A stretch of DNA of 64,000 bases from Mobula hypostoma (Eukaryota): the NCBI RefSeq assembly GCF_963921235.1, contig NC_086108.1, positions 16,616,001-16,680,000 of the forward strand, read 5' to 3'. A program made the position numbers and the translations under genes. This document shows positions 12,367 to 24,142 of this stretch, piece after piece; the first letter of the stretch is position 1, and the number at the start of each line of letters is the position of its first letter. Under the pieces are notes generated by a model, which saw only the letters and a list, made by a program, of their open reading frames with translations, ran no database searches and had not been told where the DNA came from.

Positions 12367-14671
12367 TTTAGAAGGAGTGGATTGGGACAATTTGTTTTAT
12401 GGGAAGGATGTAATAGAGAAATGGAGGTCATTCAAAGGTGAACTTTTGAGGGTACAGAATCTTTATGTTCCTGTTAGGTTGAAAGGAAAGGTTAAAAGTT
12501 TGAGAGAGTCATGGTTTTCAAGGGATATTGGAAACTTGATTCGGAAAAAGAGAGAAATCTACAATAAATATAGGCAACTTGGAGTAAATGAGGTGCTCGA
12601 GGAATATAAAGAATGTAAAAAGAACCTTAAGAAAGAGATTAGAAAAGCTGAAAGAAGATATGAGGTTGCTTTGGCAAGTAAGGTGAAAATAAATCTAAAG
12701 GGTTTCTACAATTATATTAATAGCAAAAGGATAGTGAGGGATAAAATTGTCCCTTAGAGAATCAAAGTGGACAGCTATGTGTGGAGCCAAAAGAGATGGG
12801 GGAGATTTTGAACAATTTCTTTTCTTCGGTATTCACTAAAAGATAATCGAATTGTGTAAGGTAAGGGAAACAAGTAGGGTAGTTATGGAAACTATGATGA
12901 TTAAAGAAGAGGTAGTGCTGGCGCTTTTAAGGAATATAAAAGTGGACAAGTCTCCGGGTCCTGACAGGATATTTCCTAGGATCTTGAGGGAAGTTAGTGT
13001 GGAAATAGCAGGGGCTCTGACAGAAATATTTCAAATGTCATGAGAAACAGGGATGGTGCCGGAGGATTGGCGTATTGCTCATGTGGTTCCATTGTTTAAC
13101 AAGGGTTCTGGGAGTAAACCTAGCAATTATCGGCCTGTGAGTTTGACGTCAGTGGTGGGTAAATTGATGGAAAGTATTCTTAGAGATGGTATATATAATT
13201 ATCTGGATAGACAGGGTCTGATTAGGGGCAGCCAACATGGATTTGTGCGTGGAAAGTCATGTTTGACAACTCTTATTAAATTTTTTGATGAGGTTACTAG
13301 TAAAGTTGATGAGGGTAAAGCGGTGGATGTTGTATATATGGACTTCAGTAAGGCCTTTGACAGGTTCCACATGGAAGGTTAGTTAGGAAGGTTTAATCGT
13401 TAGGTACTAATATTGAAGTAATAAAATGGATTCAGCTGTGGCTGGATGGGAGATGCCAGAGAGTAGTGGTGGATAACTGTTTGTCAGATTGGAGGCTGAT
13501 GATTAGTGGTTTGTCTCAGGGATCTGTACTGGGTCCAATGTTGTTTGTCATATATGCTAATGATCTGGATGATGGGGTGGTAAATAGGATTAGTAAGTAT
13601 GCAGATGATACTAAGATAGGTGGAGTTGTGGATAATGAAGCAGGTTTTCAAAGCTTGCAGAGAGATTTAGGCTGGTTAGAAGAGTGGGCTGAAAGATGGC
13701 AAATGGAGTTTAATGCTGATAAATGTGAGGGGCTACATTTTGGTAGGACTAATCAAAATAGGTAAATGGTAGGGCACTGAAGAATGCAGAAGAACAGAGG
13801 GATCTCGGAATAATGGTGCATAGTTCCCTGAAGATGGAATCTCATGTGGATAGGGTGGTGAAGAAAGCTTTTGGTATGCTGGCCTTTATAAATCAGAGCA
13901 TTGAGTATAGGAGTTGGGATGTAGTTGAAATTGTACAAGGCATTGGTAAGGCCAAATTTGGAGTAAACTTGATAGAGGTATTTAAAATTATGAGGGGATA
14001 GATAGATTTGAATGGGGGAGATTCAAACAAGGGGACATGAGTAGAGAGTTAATAAGGGCAAAAATTTAGGGGTAACATGAGGGGGAACTTCTTTACTCAG
14101 AGAGTGGTAGCTGTGTGGAACGAGCTTCCAGCAGAAGTGGTTGAGGCAGGTTCGAAGTTGTCATTTAAAGTTAAATTGGATAGCTATATGGACAGGAAAG
14201 GAATGGAGGGTTATGGGCTGAGCGCAGGTCGGTGGGACTAGGTGAGAGTAAGAGCTCGGCATGGAATAGAAGGGCCGAGGTGGCCTGTTTCCGTGCTGTA
14301 ATTGTTATATGGTTATATAACAATCATTTGAACATAAGGATTGATTAGAAAATGGCAACTTAGATTTATTTCAGCAAACTGTGCCAAACTAACTTGATAG
14401 GGTTTTTTGATGATGTAACACGGTTGATGTTGGGAATGCAGTTGATATGGCATATTTGGACTTCTAAAAGGCATTTAATAAGGTGTCATATAGTAAGCTT
14501 GTTATCAATATTAAAGTCCCAAAATAAAAAGAGTTGTACCTGCATGAATAGTAAATTGCTCGGTAAGGTAACAGAGTAATAATACTAGGTTAACTGTCAA
14601 ACTACAGTCATTTGTATAGTACAGTTCTTCTGGTGTCAGCTATACATTTACTATACATTTTTATTTAATCT

Positions 14672-15526
14672 ACTTTTTCAATCTGTCCCTGGCCCAGGCA
14701 GTTGCCCCACAAGCTTCTAGATCACCACCATCGTGCCAGTGCTGAAGCATTCCACTGCCACGGGCCTGAAAGACTTCTGCCCAGTTGCACTCACCCCCAT
14801 CACAAAGTGCTTTGAGGGATTGGTTCTATCACATCTGAAATCCTGTCTGCCCTCTACCCTGGACCCCCATCAATTTGCCTATCGCACCAATAGGTCAACA
14901 GAGGATGCCATCTCCACGGCACCTCACTCTGCCCTGACCCACCTGGACAGCCTTTATTTCCTGCGGCGCATCAAGAAAGCTCAACTCTGTCCCAGGATAC
15001 TGACGGACTTTTACCGCTGTACCATTGAGAGCACACTCACCAACTGCATCTCAGTGAGGTATGGCAATTGTCCTGTATCGGACCGCAAAGCACTCCAGCG
15101 TATGGTGAAAACTGCCCAGCGGATTATCAGCACCCAATTGCCCACCATTGAGAACATCTACCATAAAAGCTACCTGGGCAGGGTGAAAAGCATTATCAAA
15201 GATGCATTCACGCCAACCATGGACTTTTTACTCTCCTCCCATCTGGTAGGTGCTACAGGAGCCTCTGCTGCCGCACCGGCAGGCACAGGAACAGCTTCTT
15301 CCCTGAGGCTGTGACCCTGCTGAACCTCACATCACAGTGCTAAGCAGTATTGCACTCATATTGTACTGTCTCAGTACTTTTATATGTGTGCTGTAGCACT
15401 TACTTTTTATTTGCAGTTATTTTGTAAATAACACTATTCTTTGCATTTCTGGTTAGATGCTAACTGCGTTTCATTGGCTTTGTATTTGTACTCGGCACAA
15501 TGACAATAAAGTTGAATCTAATCTAA
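14672..15526 (+). mobile_element. Rex1/Babar-type LINE family A with an internal deletion, inserted in an old CR1 remnant (~14330-16700)
   Basis: [33 protein letters not shown] is fused directly to [10 protein letters not shown]; (tctaa)n tail. Confidence 0.88.
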
Positions 15527-15805
15527 TGGCTATTGTTTTTAAAATATATTTCGATGACTTGGGCTTTGATGTTGAGGGCACAATATCTTAAATTTGCAGA
15601 TGACTCAGATCTTGGTGGTTTAGTAACTAATAGTATCAGACCTCAAAGAGGAATACGCAAGCCAGTGGTATAGGCTGATAGGTGCTAATGAACTTTGATG
15701 CAGAGGATTGTAAAGTGTTACATTACGGTGGGACAAATGAGAAAAGACATAATTGTAATAGTGGTACCAGGAACAAAGACATTGGGAGGGGGCAGGGTAT
15801 ATATA

Positions 15806-16343
15806 TACTCATTGACCACTTTATTAGGTTCAGGAGTGGAACCTGGTGAGGTGTTCTACTGCTGTAGCCAATCCACTTTAAGGTCTGGTATGTTATGCTT
15901 CCAGAACACTACATCTTCTGCACAACACTATTGTAACGTGTGGTTATTTGAGTTACCGTCGCCTTCCTGTCAGTTTGAATCAGTCTGGTCATCCTCCTCT
16001 GACCTCCCTCATTAACAAGGTGTTTTCTCCCACAGAGCTGCTGTTCACTGGATGTTGCACCATTCTCTGTAAACTCTGGATCCTGTTGTAGTTGAAAATC
16101 CCAGATTATCAGCAGTTTCTGAGATACTCAAACCACCCTGTCTGGCACCAACAATCATTCCATGGTCAAAATTATGAAGATCATATTTCTTCTCCATTCT
16201 AGTATTTGGTCTGAACAACAATTAAGCCTCTTGACCAAATCTTCATGTTTAATACATTGAATTGCTGCCACATGATTGGCTGATTAGATATTTACATTAA
16301 TGAGCAAGTGTACAGGTGCACCTAATAAAGTTGCCACTGAGTG
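15806..16343 (-). mobile_element. Tc1-derived non-autonomous element with both TIRs
   Basis: TIRs tactcattgaccactttattaggt and acctaataaagttgccactgagtg; the interior is the reverse complement of 22857-24282. Confidence 0.85.
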
Positions 16344-16884
16344 TGTATGTACAGTTGATTGAAAAGTGGCAAGGTAATATAAACTTATATTCTGTGTGTT
16401 GTCTGTGGCTACATGATGTTGCTGCGGACAAGATGTATATTGCACTAGGCATTCAGATTGAGAAAGTGGTTAAAAAGCATGACAAATGCTGGGGTCAGAA
16501 TACAGAAGCATAGAAGTCATGATGCACATTGGTTTGTAAACAATTGAAATCGAGCCTATTTCTGTGTGAACTATTTTCAGAGTGAAGTATATGCTTTGTA
16601 GAGGGTGCAGAAGATTTGCTAAAATGATTCTAGGTCTTTGGCAATGTGGATTTATTGGAAAAGCAGTAGTTCTTGGAACAGAGGCAGGGATAATGGAGAC
16701 TTCTCATGGCTACGGTCAGATACCCCTGTATTTTGAGTACTTTAAGTAACACTGTTTCAAAGGGTTAGAACAATCTGGGTGTTGTGAGAGAATATAACCA
16801 TACTTTTTTGGTAACACTTGCAAGAAATGTTGCAGTATTACTGGCTTCATTTGGGAGAGTGTTCCACTTTAAAGAAGACAATAA

Positions 16885-18075
16885 GGACCATAAGAGATGG
16901 AAGCCAAATTAGGCCATTTGGCCCATCAAGTCTGCTTAGCTATTATATCATGGCTCAGCACCCATCCTCTTCCCTTCTCCTAGCAGTCTTTGATAATCTT
17001 ACTAATCAAGAAGCTATCAACCTCCACTTTAAATATACCCAATAACTTTGCCTCTACAGCCATTCATAGCAATGAATTCCACAGATTCAGCGCCCTCATC
17101 TCTGTTCTAAAAAGATGCCCTGTTCTAAATGTGCTCTATGGTCCTAGACTCCCTAACTATACAAAACACTCTACGTAGGCCTTTCAATATTCAATAGGTT
17201 TCATCGAGATCCTCCCTCATTCTTCTGAATTCCAGCGAGAACAGACCCAGAGCCATCAAGTTGCTCCTCATACATTAACCTTTTCATTCCCAGGATCATT
17301 CTTGTGAACCTCCTCTGGACCCTCTCCAAAGCTAGCACATCTTTTCTTACGTAAAGGGCCCAAATTGCTCATAATACTCCAAGTGCAGTCTGATCAATGC
17401 CTTATAAAGCCTCAACATTATATTATTGCTTTTAAATTCTAGCCCTCTTGAAATGAATGCTAACATTGCATTTGCCTTCTTTAATGCATACTCAACTGCA
17501 AGTTAGCCTTCAGAGAATCTACACTAGGGCATCCAAGTCCCTTTGTACCTCTGATTTCTGAATTTTCTCTCCATTTACTACTTTACTACTTCTGCCAAAT
17601 TGCATGACCATACACTTCTCTTCACTGTATTCCATCTACTTCTTTGCCCATTCTCCCAATCTGTCCAAGTGCTCCTGCAGACTCCAGTTCCTCAATATTA
17701 CCTGCCCTTCCACCTGTTGTCAGTTTATCTTCAAACTTGGCCACAAAGTCATCAATTCCGTTATCCAGATCATTGACATAGAACATGGAAAGAAGTGGTC
17801 CCAACACCAACCCATGCAGAACACCACGAGTGAATGGTAGCTGATCAGAAAAGGACGCCTTTTCTGCAACTCTGCCTCCTGTCAGTCAGCCAATCTTCTA
17901 TCCATGCCAGTATGTTTCCTGTAATACCATGGGCTCTTACTTTGTTTAGCAGTGTGGTGCAGCAGCTTGTCAAAGGCCTAATGAAAATGCAAGTAAACAA
18001 CATCCACTGACTCTCCTTTATCTGTCTTGTTTGTTATTTCCTCAAAGAATTCCAACAGATCTGTCAGGTAAGATT
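16885..18075 (-). mobile_element. CR1 LINE RT and 3' end, degraded
   Basis: VLGPLLSMFYVNDLDNGIDDFVAKFED; CR1-type tail at ~16885-16940. Confidence 0.82.
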
Positions 18076-18079
18076 TTCT

Positions 18080-18552
18080 GATATTGGGGTGTGTGTGTGT
18101 GGGGGGGGGGGTGCGATGGTTACAGCCCAAGATCAAAATAAGTTGCAGAAACTTGTAAAATTAGTCAGCTCCATCATTGGTACTAGCCTCAGTAGTATTC
18201 AAGACATCTTCAAAGAGCAGTGCCTTAAGAAGGTGGCGTCCAATATTAAGAATCCCACCACCCAGGACATGCCCTCTTTATACTTCATTGAGAAGGAGGT
18301 ACAGAAGCCTGAAGGCACACATACAGTGATTCAGGAACAGCTTTTTCCCCTCTCCCATCCATTTCTAAATGAACATTGAACCCATGAACACTACCTCACT
18401 ATTTTTTTTGCACTACTTATTTTAACTTGTATATATACTTAATGTAACTCAGTTTTTTTTCTCTATATTTATGTATCATGTATTTAATTGTACTGTTGCT
18501 GTAAACTTAACAAATTTCACGACATATGCTGGTGATATTAAATCTGATTCTA
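18080..18552 (+). mobile_element. Rex1/Babar-type LINE 3' fragment
   Basis: NKLQKLVKLVSSIIGTSLSSIQDIFKEQCLKKVASNIK; tail ggtgatattaaatctgattct. Confidence 0.75.
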
Positions 18553-19534
18553 ATTCCCATTTCATTTTTAGTCGCCTTCTATTGATTTTTTAAAGCTTCC
18601 TACTTCTCTAACTTCCCACTAATTTTTGTGATAATATATTCCAGAAAAATTCTATTTAAGTTTGGAGATGACACATCCAGAAATATGTGTAAAATTGTTC
18701 TCATTGGATGAATCCAAATTTCAACCACTGTTTCTTTGGTTATTTGAACAAACTTCCAGTTCGTTGCATTTTAAAAATAAACATCCTGAATTGAAAAAAA
18801 TCTTTTTTCACCAATGAAACTCTTCCAGCAATGTGCAGAATATACATTTTGTTTTCAGGATGCTGTACATGGCTTCCAAAGTGCATATCCAAACCACTAA
18901 CCAGTCTGTGGAATGCATTGCAGAGTAGTTTAAGAGAAAATGAAGAGTAAAAGCTCAGGCAGAAATGGATTGGAAACCAAAACATGTGTGATGTTCTGAA
19001 AGAAAATGAAGATTTTGCTGTAAAATAAATTTAAGTGTAAACCAAAGCTAAACTGTAAATTACTTCTGTGGTTTTCACAAACCATCTGTCAAATTTCAGA
19101 GCATTTCAGCACATTGCACATAAGATTTAAAAGAAAATCAGTAACTTTATCATTGACACTGTTACCTAAAAGAAAGGCAAATGAAAGAAAATAAGCACAT
19201 ATGGATTTACTTAGGCAGTGATGCAATCAATGCCCACATGAAATCTTGTAATGACATAAAAGGAGGCTATTCAGCTATTGAGTCCCTGCTACCTTTGAGT
19301 GGTGCTATCCTATTAGTCTCATTCTCCTTTGTGTTCAGCTTTAGACATCTTGAATAGGAAAGATGCTCTTAAGCTGAGAAGACTGCTGAGATTTTCGAGA
19401 ATGTTGCCGGGATTCCAGAATTTGAGTTATAGGGATAAATTGGGCAGGCTAGGACTTTATTCAATGGAGCATATTAGAATAAGGTTGATGTTATAGAGGT
19501 GTATAAAATCATGATGGGTATAGACAGGACACTG

Positions 19535-20328
19535 GGTTTCCTTACTTGCAAACCCCAATCAGGTCGGATTGCCAAAAACATCTCCTCCACAATCTCCATC
19601 AGCACGGGTGCACCACATGGCTGTGTGCTTACCCGACCAGCTCTACTCTCTTTACAGCTATGAGTGTGTGGCTAGGCACATCTCCAACACCTTGTACACG
19701 TTTGCTGATGATACCACTGTTGTGGGCCATATCAAAGGTGGTGATGAATCAGCATACAGGAGGGAGATTGAAAATATGGTGGAGTGGTGTCATAACAACA
19801 ACCTCTCACTCAATGTCAGCAAGACCAAGGAACTTAACAAAGACATCAGGAAAGAGAAACCAGAAGTCCATGAGCCAGTATTCATTGGAGGATCAGAGGT
19901 GGAGAGGATCAGCAACTTTAAATTCCTGGGTGTCACTCTCACAGAGGACTGCCTGGACCCAACATATAATGTAATTACAAAGAAAGCATGACAGTATGTC
20001 TACTTCCTCAGAAGTCTCCGAAGATTCAGCATGCCGTCAAAAACCGCGACAAACTTCTACAGATGTGTAGTGGAAAGTGTACTGACTGGCTGCATTTTGC
20101 CCTTGTATGGGAACACCAATGCCTTTGAAGGGAAAATTCGACAAAAGGTAGTGGATCTGGCCCAGTACTTCACGGCTAAAGCCCTCCCAACCATTGAGCT
20201 GTTGTAGGAAAGCAGCATCCATCATCAAAGATTCTCACCACCCAGACAATGTTTTCTCACTGCTGCCATCAGGTAGAAGGTATAAGTGCCTCAGAACTCA
20301 CACCACCAGGTTCAAGAACAGTTACTAC
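19535..20328 (+). mobile_element. Rex1/Babar-type LINE family B RT fragment
   Basis: FADDTTVVGHIKGGDESAYRREIE..WCHNNNLSLNVSKTKEL..FKFLGV. Confidence 0.85.
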
Positions 20329-20925
20329 CCATAGAAACCACAGAAAAACTACAGCACAGAAACAGGCCTTTTGGCCCTTCTTGGCTGTGCCGAACCATTT
20401 TTTGCCTAGTCCCACTGACCTGCACACGGACCATATCCCTCCATACACCTCCCATCCATGTATCTGTCCAATTTATTCTTATATGTTAAAAAAAGAACCC
20501 GCATTTACCACCTCGTCTGGCAGCTCATTCCATACTCCCACCACTCTCTGTGTGAAGAAGCCCACCCTAATGTTCCCTTTAAACTTTTCCCCCCTCACCC
20601 TTAACCCATGTCCTCTGGTTTTTTTCTCCCCTTGCCTCAGTGGAAAAAGCCTGCTTGCATTCACTCTATCTATACCCATCATAATTTTATATACCTCTAT
20701 CAAATCTCCCCTCATTCTTCTACGCTCCAGGGAATAAAGTCCTAACCTATTAAACCTTTCTCTGTAACTGAGTTTCTCAAGTCCTGGCAACATCCTTGTA
20801 AACCTTCTCTGCACTCTTTCAACCTTATTAATATCTTTCCTGTAATTTGGTGACCAAAACTGAACGCAATACTCCAGATTCGGCCTCACCAATGCCTTAT
20901 AAAACCTCACCATAACATTCCAGCT
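20329..20925 (-). mobile_element. Young CR1 3' end (same subfamily as 49173-50442)
   Basis: LEYCVQFWSPNYRKDINKVERVQRRFTRMLPGLEKLSYRE...TRGHGLRVRGEKFKGNIRVGFFTQRVV. Confidence 0.92.
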
Positions 20926-22425
20926 AGTTGAATTCTTGCTGTGTAAACTCATTTAGTAAGTATCACACACGGTAATTCATTTGCATGGGACCATCGCAAT
21001 TGCAATCAATTAGAAGATATGCTTCCCAAAAAGAACACTAAGGTTGGAGTCTAACCTATTTCTACTTTTTCTAGTGCAAATGCACTGTCATAGCTGCGAC
21101 CCACAGCTATCTGTGTGCTTAGAAACTCATCCTTCACAATCACAAAGGAAAAGCAACAGAGTCTTCTTGCAAATATCTTTGTTCCCTTCTATGTCTATGA
21201 ATGATTAGGATAAAATGATATTGATGTGATAGGCTTTTGTTCATTTTAGGTTCTGCATTTCAGATCAATATTGGATACAATAATGGTCACTGGACGCACA
21301 TTGTTTTTATTAGTTTTTTCAATATCTATCTACCAAAAATTTGTTGTACTGATCAATACTAGGAATGAAATAGTTTTCTTAACCACTGCCAAGATCCCAA
21401 AGTCTCTCATCATAAACTTTAAAGCCAAAGAAGCATGCAGTTTCCTTTACTCTCTATCAACAAATCTTAGTCCCATTTACGTCAACCTGAATTTCCATCT
21501 TAATGCACCCAAGCAGCTTTCTTTACTCTTGATGAATCACATACAACTTTTTCATTGTGGAATATATTCAATGTGATCTGGGTTTAGACTCCTTCATGCA
21601 GTTGTGCATAACAGTACAGACAAGGGGATTGCACCTCATTGGTAAAACCCCTGGCTTATGCTTTCTAAAAGAAAGTTCACAGAATCCCAATGTATGCCCT
21701 TGAAGCACTAATACTATTATTAACGTCTTGCAAAATTAAAATGGAATTTGACTCACTTAATGGTCATTGTTCATACAGTAGCTATATTTTCATAATTAGA
21801 AGAAAATGAAAAAAATAATTTCTCACAAATTATACCACCAGGTCTTAGTATTACATTATTTAAAGTTACAAATATCAGCATAAGGCATGAGATCTCTTGC
21901 TTGGACATCTGTATCTAACAACATTACCATTTTTCAAAGCCACAAAATTCCTAACAAGCAAATGAAGATCAGCTGCTAAATTTGCTTAAAAGTAATGATG
22001 TAAAATATTGTTTGACCGTATCATGGAGTAGAAAGATGAAAAAAATGAACCCTTCCATAGCTGTGCAGATGAATATGAGTATCTTTTTAAAATGGAACAT
22101 TCTGTAACAGCATTATACGAGGCAATTAAATGTCATTAGCCATAATTACTAGGTGTGCGGATTCTTGTCTGCTGCTAATAAAATACCCCCCCAGAGACTG
22201 AATGACAGCTTTTAACTCCTCCAAATGGGAGCACTGTAATGCATGAGCAATAAAGCAAAAAAAAACAAATTTAGACTAAGTGAGCATGCTGTGGTCAGGC
22301 TCAGAAGGTGTTTGTTGTTTGCCTTTGTTTGGTTCTCCATTAATTTTTTTTGCCTTAAAGCCCAAAACATTTTGGATTTCTACAATGAAAAAGAAGGCCA
22401 TCAGCATAATCATCAGATGTTTTTA

Positions 22426-22630
22426 CTAGGAAGAGGTACAGTCGACGTTTCAGGCCGAGTCCTGACGAAGGGTCTCGGCCTGAAACGTCGACTGTATGTC
22501 CTGACGAAGGGTCTCAGCCTGAAACGTCGACTGTACCTCTTCCTAGAGATGCTGCCTGGCCTGCTACGTTCACCAGCAACTTTGATGTGTGTTGCTTGGA
22601 TTTCCAGCATCTGCAGAATTCCTGTTGTTT
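22426..22630 (+). mobile_element. Penelope-derived short insertion: inverted stub, two tandem hammerheads, tail
   Basis: Inverted piece at 22426-22458; hammerhead units at 22458-22493 and 22498-22532; family tail to ~22630. Confidence 0.88.
22458..22532 (+). ncRNA. Tandem dimer of minimal hammerhead ribozymes (39-nt period)
   Basis: agtc-CTGACGA-agggtctcggcct-GAAACGTC-gact, then gtc-CTGACGA-agggtctcagcct-GAAACGTC-gac. Confidence 0.8.
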
Positions 22631-23410
22631 GAAATGTTTTTACTGTTTTCCTTTTAAATGCGGTGTTATCTTAACATCAAACACAATCTATTGTAAGCAT
22701 TACCTTCTCTCCTTACAATTCCAGAGGAGTGCTTTACACAAACTGATACTTCAGGCACTTAATTGCATCCAGTTGTCATCTTTTTTAGGTACTTGCTAAT
22801 AAGCGATGTTTTACTTTTATATCTCTGTTGAGGACTCTAGGAGATATTGCTATATACACCCAGAGGCCACTTCATTAGGTACACCTGTACACCTGCTTAT
22901 TAATTGAAATATCTCATCAGCCAATCAAGTGGCAGCAACTCAATGCATAAAAACAGGCAGGCACGTTTAGTTGTTGTTCAGACCAAGCATCAGAATGGGG
23001 AAGAAATGTGATCTAAGTGACGTTGACCATGGAATAATTGTTGGTACCATACGGGATGGTTTGAGTATCTCAGAAACTGCTGATCTCCTGGGATTTTCAC
23101 ACACAACAGTCTCTAGAGTTTACAGAGAATGGTGCAAAACACAAAAACATCTAGTGAGCGGCAGTTCTGTGGGTAAAAATGCCTTGTTAATGACAGAGGT
23201 CAAAGGAGAATGTCCAGACTGGTCCAAGTTGACAAGAAGGTAACTCAAATGACCTCATGTTACATCAGTGGTGTGCAGAAGAGCATCTCTGAATGCACAA
23301 CACATTGAACCTTGACAAGAGGAATTCTGCAGATGCTGGAAATTCAAGCAACACACATCAAAGCTGCTGGTGAACGCAGCAGGCCAGGCAGCATCTGTAG
23401 TAAGAGGTAC

Positions 23411-23446
23411 AGTCGACGTTTCAGGCCGAGACCCTTCGTCAGGGCT
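23411..23446 (-). ncRNA. Minimal hammerhead motif (core intact)
   Basis: Reverse complement: agcc-CTGACGA-agggtctcggcct-GAAACGTC-gact. Confidence 0.68.
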
Positions 23447-24106
23447 AACTGAAGGAAGAGTTAGTAAGAGATTTGAAAGTGGGAGGGGGAGGGGGAGATC
23501 CAAAATGATAGGAGAAGACAGGAGGGGGAGGGATGGAGCCAAGAGCTGGACAGGTGATTGGCAAAGGGGATATGAGAGGATCATGGGACAGGAGGCCCAA
23601 GGAGAAGGAAAGGGGGGGGGGGGGGAAAACCCAGAGGGTGGGCAAGGGGTATAGTCAGAGGGACAGAGGGAGAAAAAGGAGAGTGAGAGAAAGAATGTGT
23701 GTATAAAAATAAATAACGGATGGGGTACGAGGAGGAGGTGGGGCATTAGCGGAAGTTAGAGAAGTCAATGTTCATGCCATACCCATGAACATTGACTTCT
23801 CTAACTTCCGCTAATGCCCCACTTCCCCCTCATACCCCATCCGTTATTTATTTTTATACACACATTCTGTCTCTCACTCTCTTTTTCTCCCTCTGTCCCT
23901 CTGACTATATCCCTTGTCCATTCTCTGGGTCCCCCCCAACTTTTCCTTCTCCCTGGGCCTCCTGTCCCATGAGCCTCTCATATCCCCTTTGTCAATCACC
24001 TGTCCAGCTCTTGGCTCCATCCCGCCCCCTCCTGTCTTCTCCTATCACTTTGGATCTCCCCCTCCCCCTCCCACTTTCAAATCTCTTACTAACTCTTCCT
24101 TCAGTT

Positions 24107-24142
24107 AGTCCTGACGAAGGGTCTCGGCCTGAAACGTCGACT
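24107..24142 (+). ncRNA. Minimal hammerhead motif (intact)
   Basis: agtc-CTGACGA-agggtctcggcct-GAAACGTC-gact. Confidence 0.75.

Larger units (their letters stand above)
10795..14319 (+). mobile_element. Young CR1 LINE, 5'-truncated in ORF1 (SGNH esterase-like), ORF2 APE+RT frameshifted
   Basis: VVVHIGINDIG; YDVVAISETWL; GVYYRPP; VGDFNFP; SDHN; YRPVSLTS; QGSVLGP; YADD. Tail gtaattgttatatggttatat. Confidence 0.93.

Noticed and set aside
18859..18950. Possible plus-strand exon after ttttgttttcag
   Set aside because: Short frames end in stops, there is no recognisable protein or partner exon, and it is antisense to XPR1.
22458..22532. CRISPR-like repeat-spacer array
   Set aside because: Only two units with no unique spacers, in a eukaryotic context; explained as a ribozyme duplication.
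22971..23243. Active Tc1 transposase
   Set aside because: Only the N-terminal HTH is present; it is frameshifted, interrupted and lacks the DDE domain.
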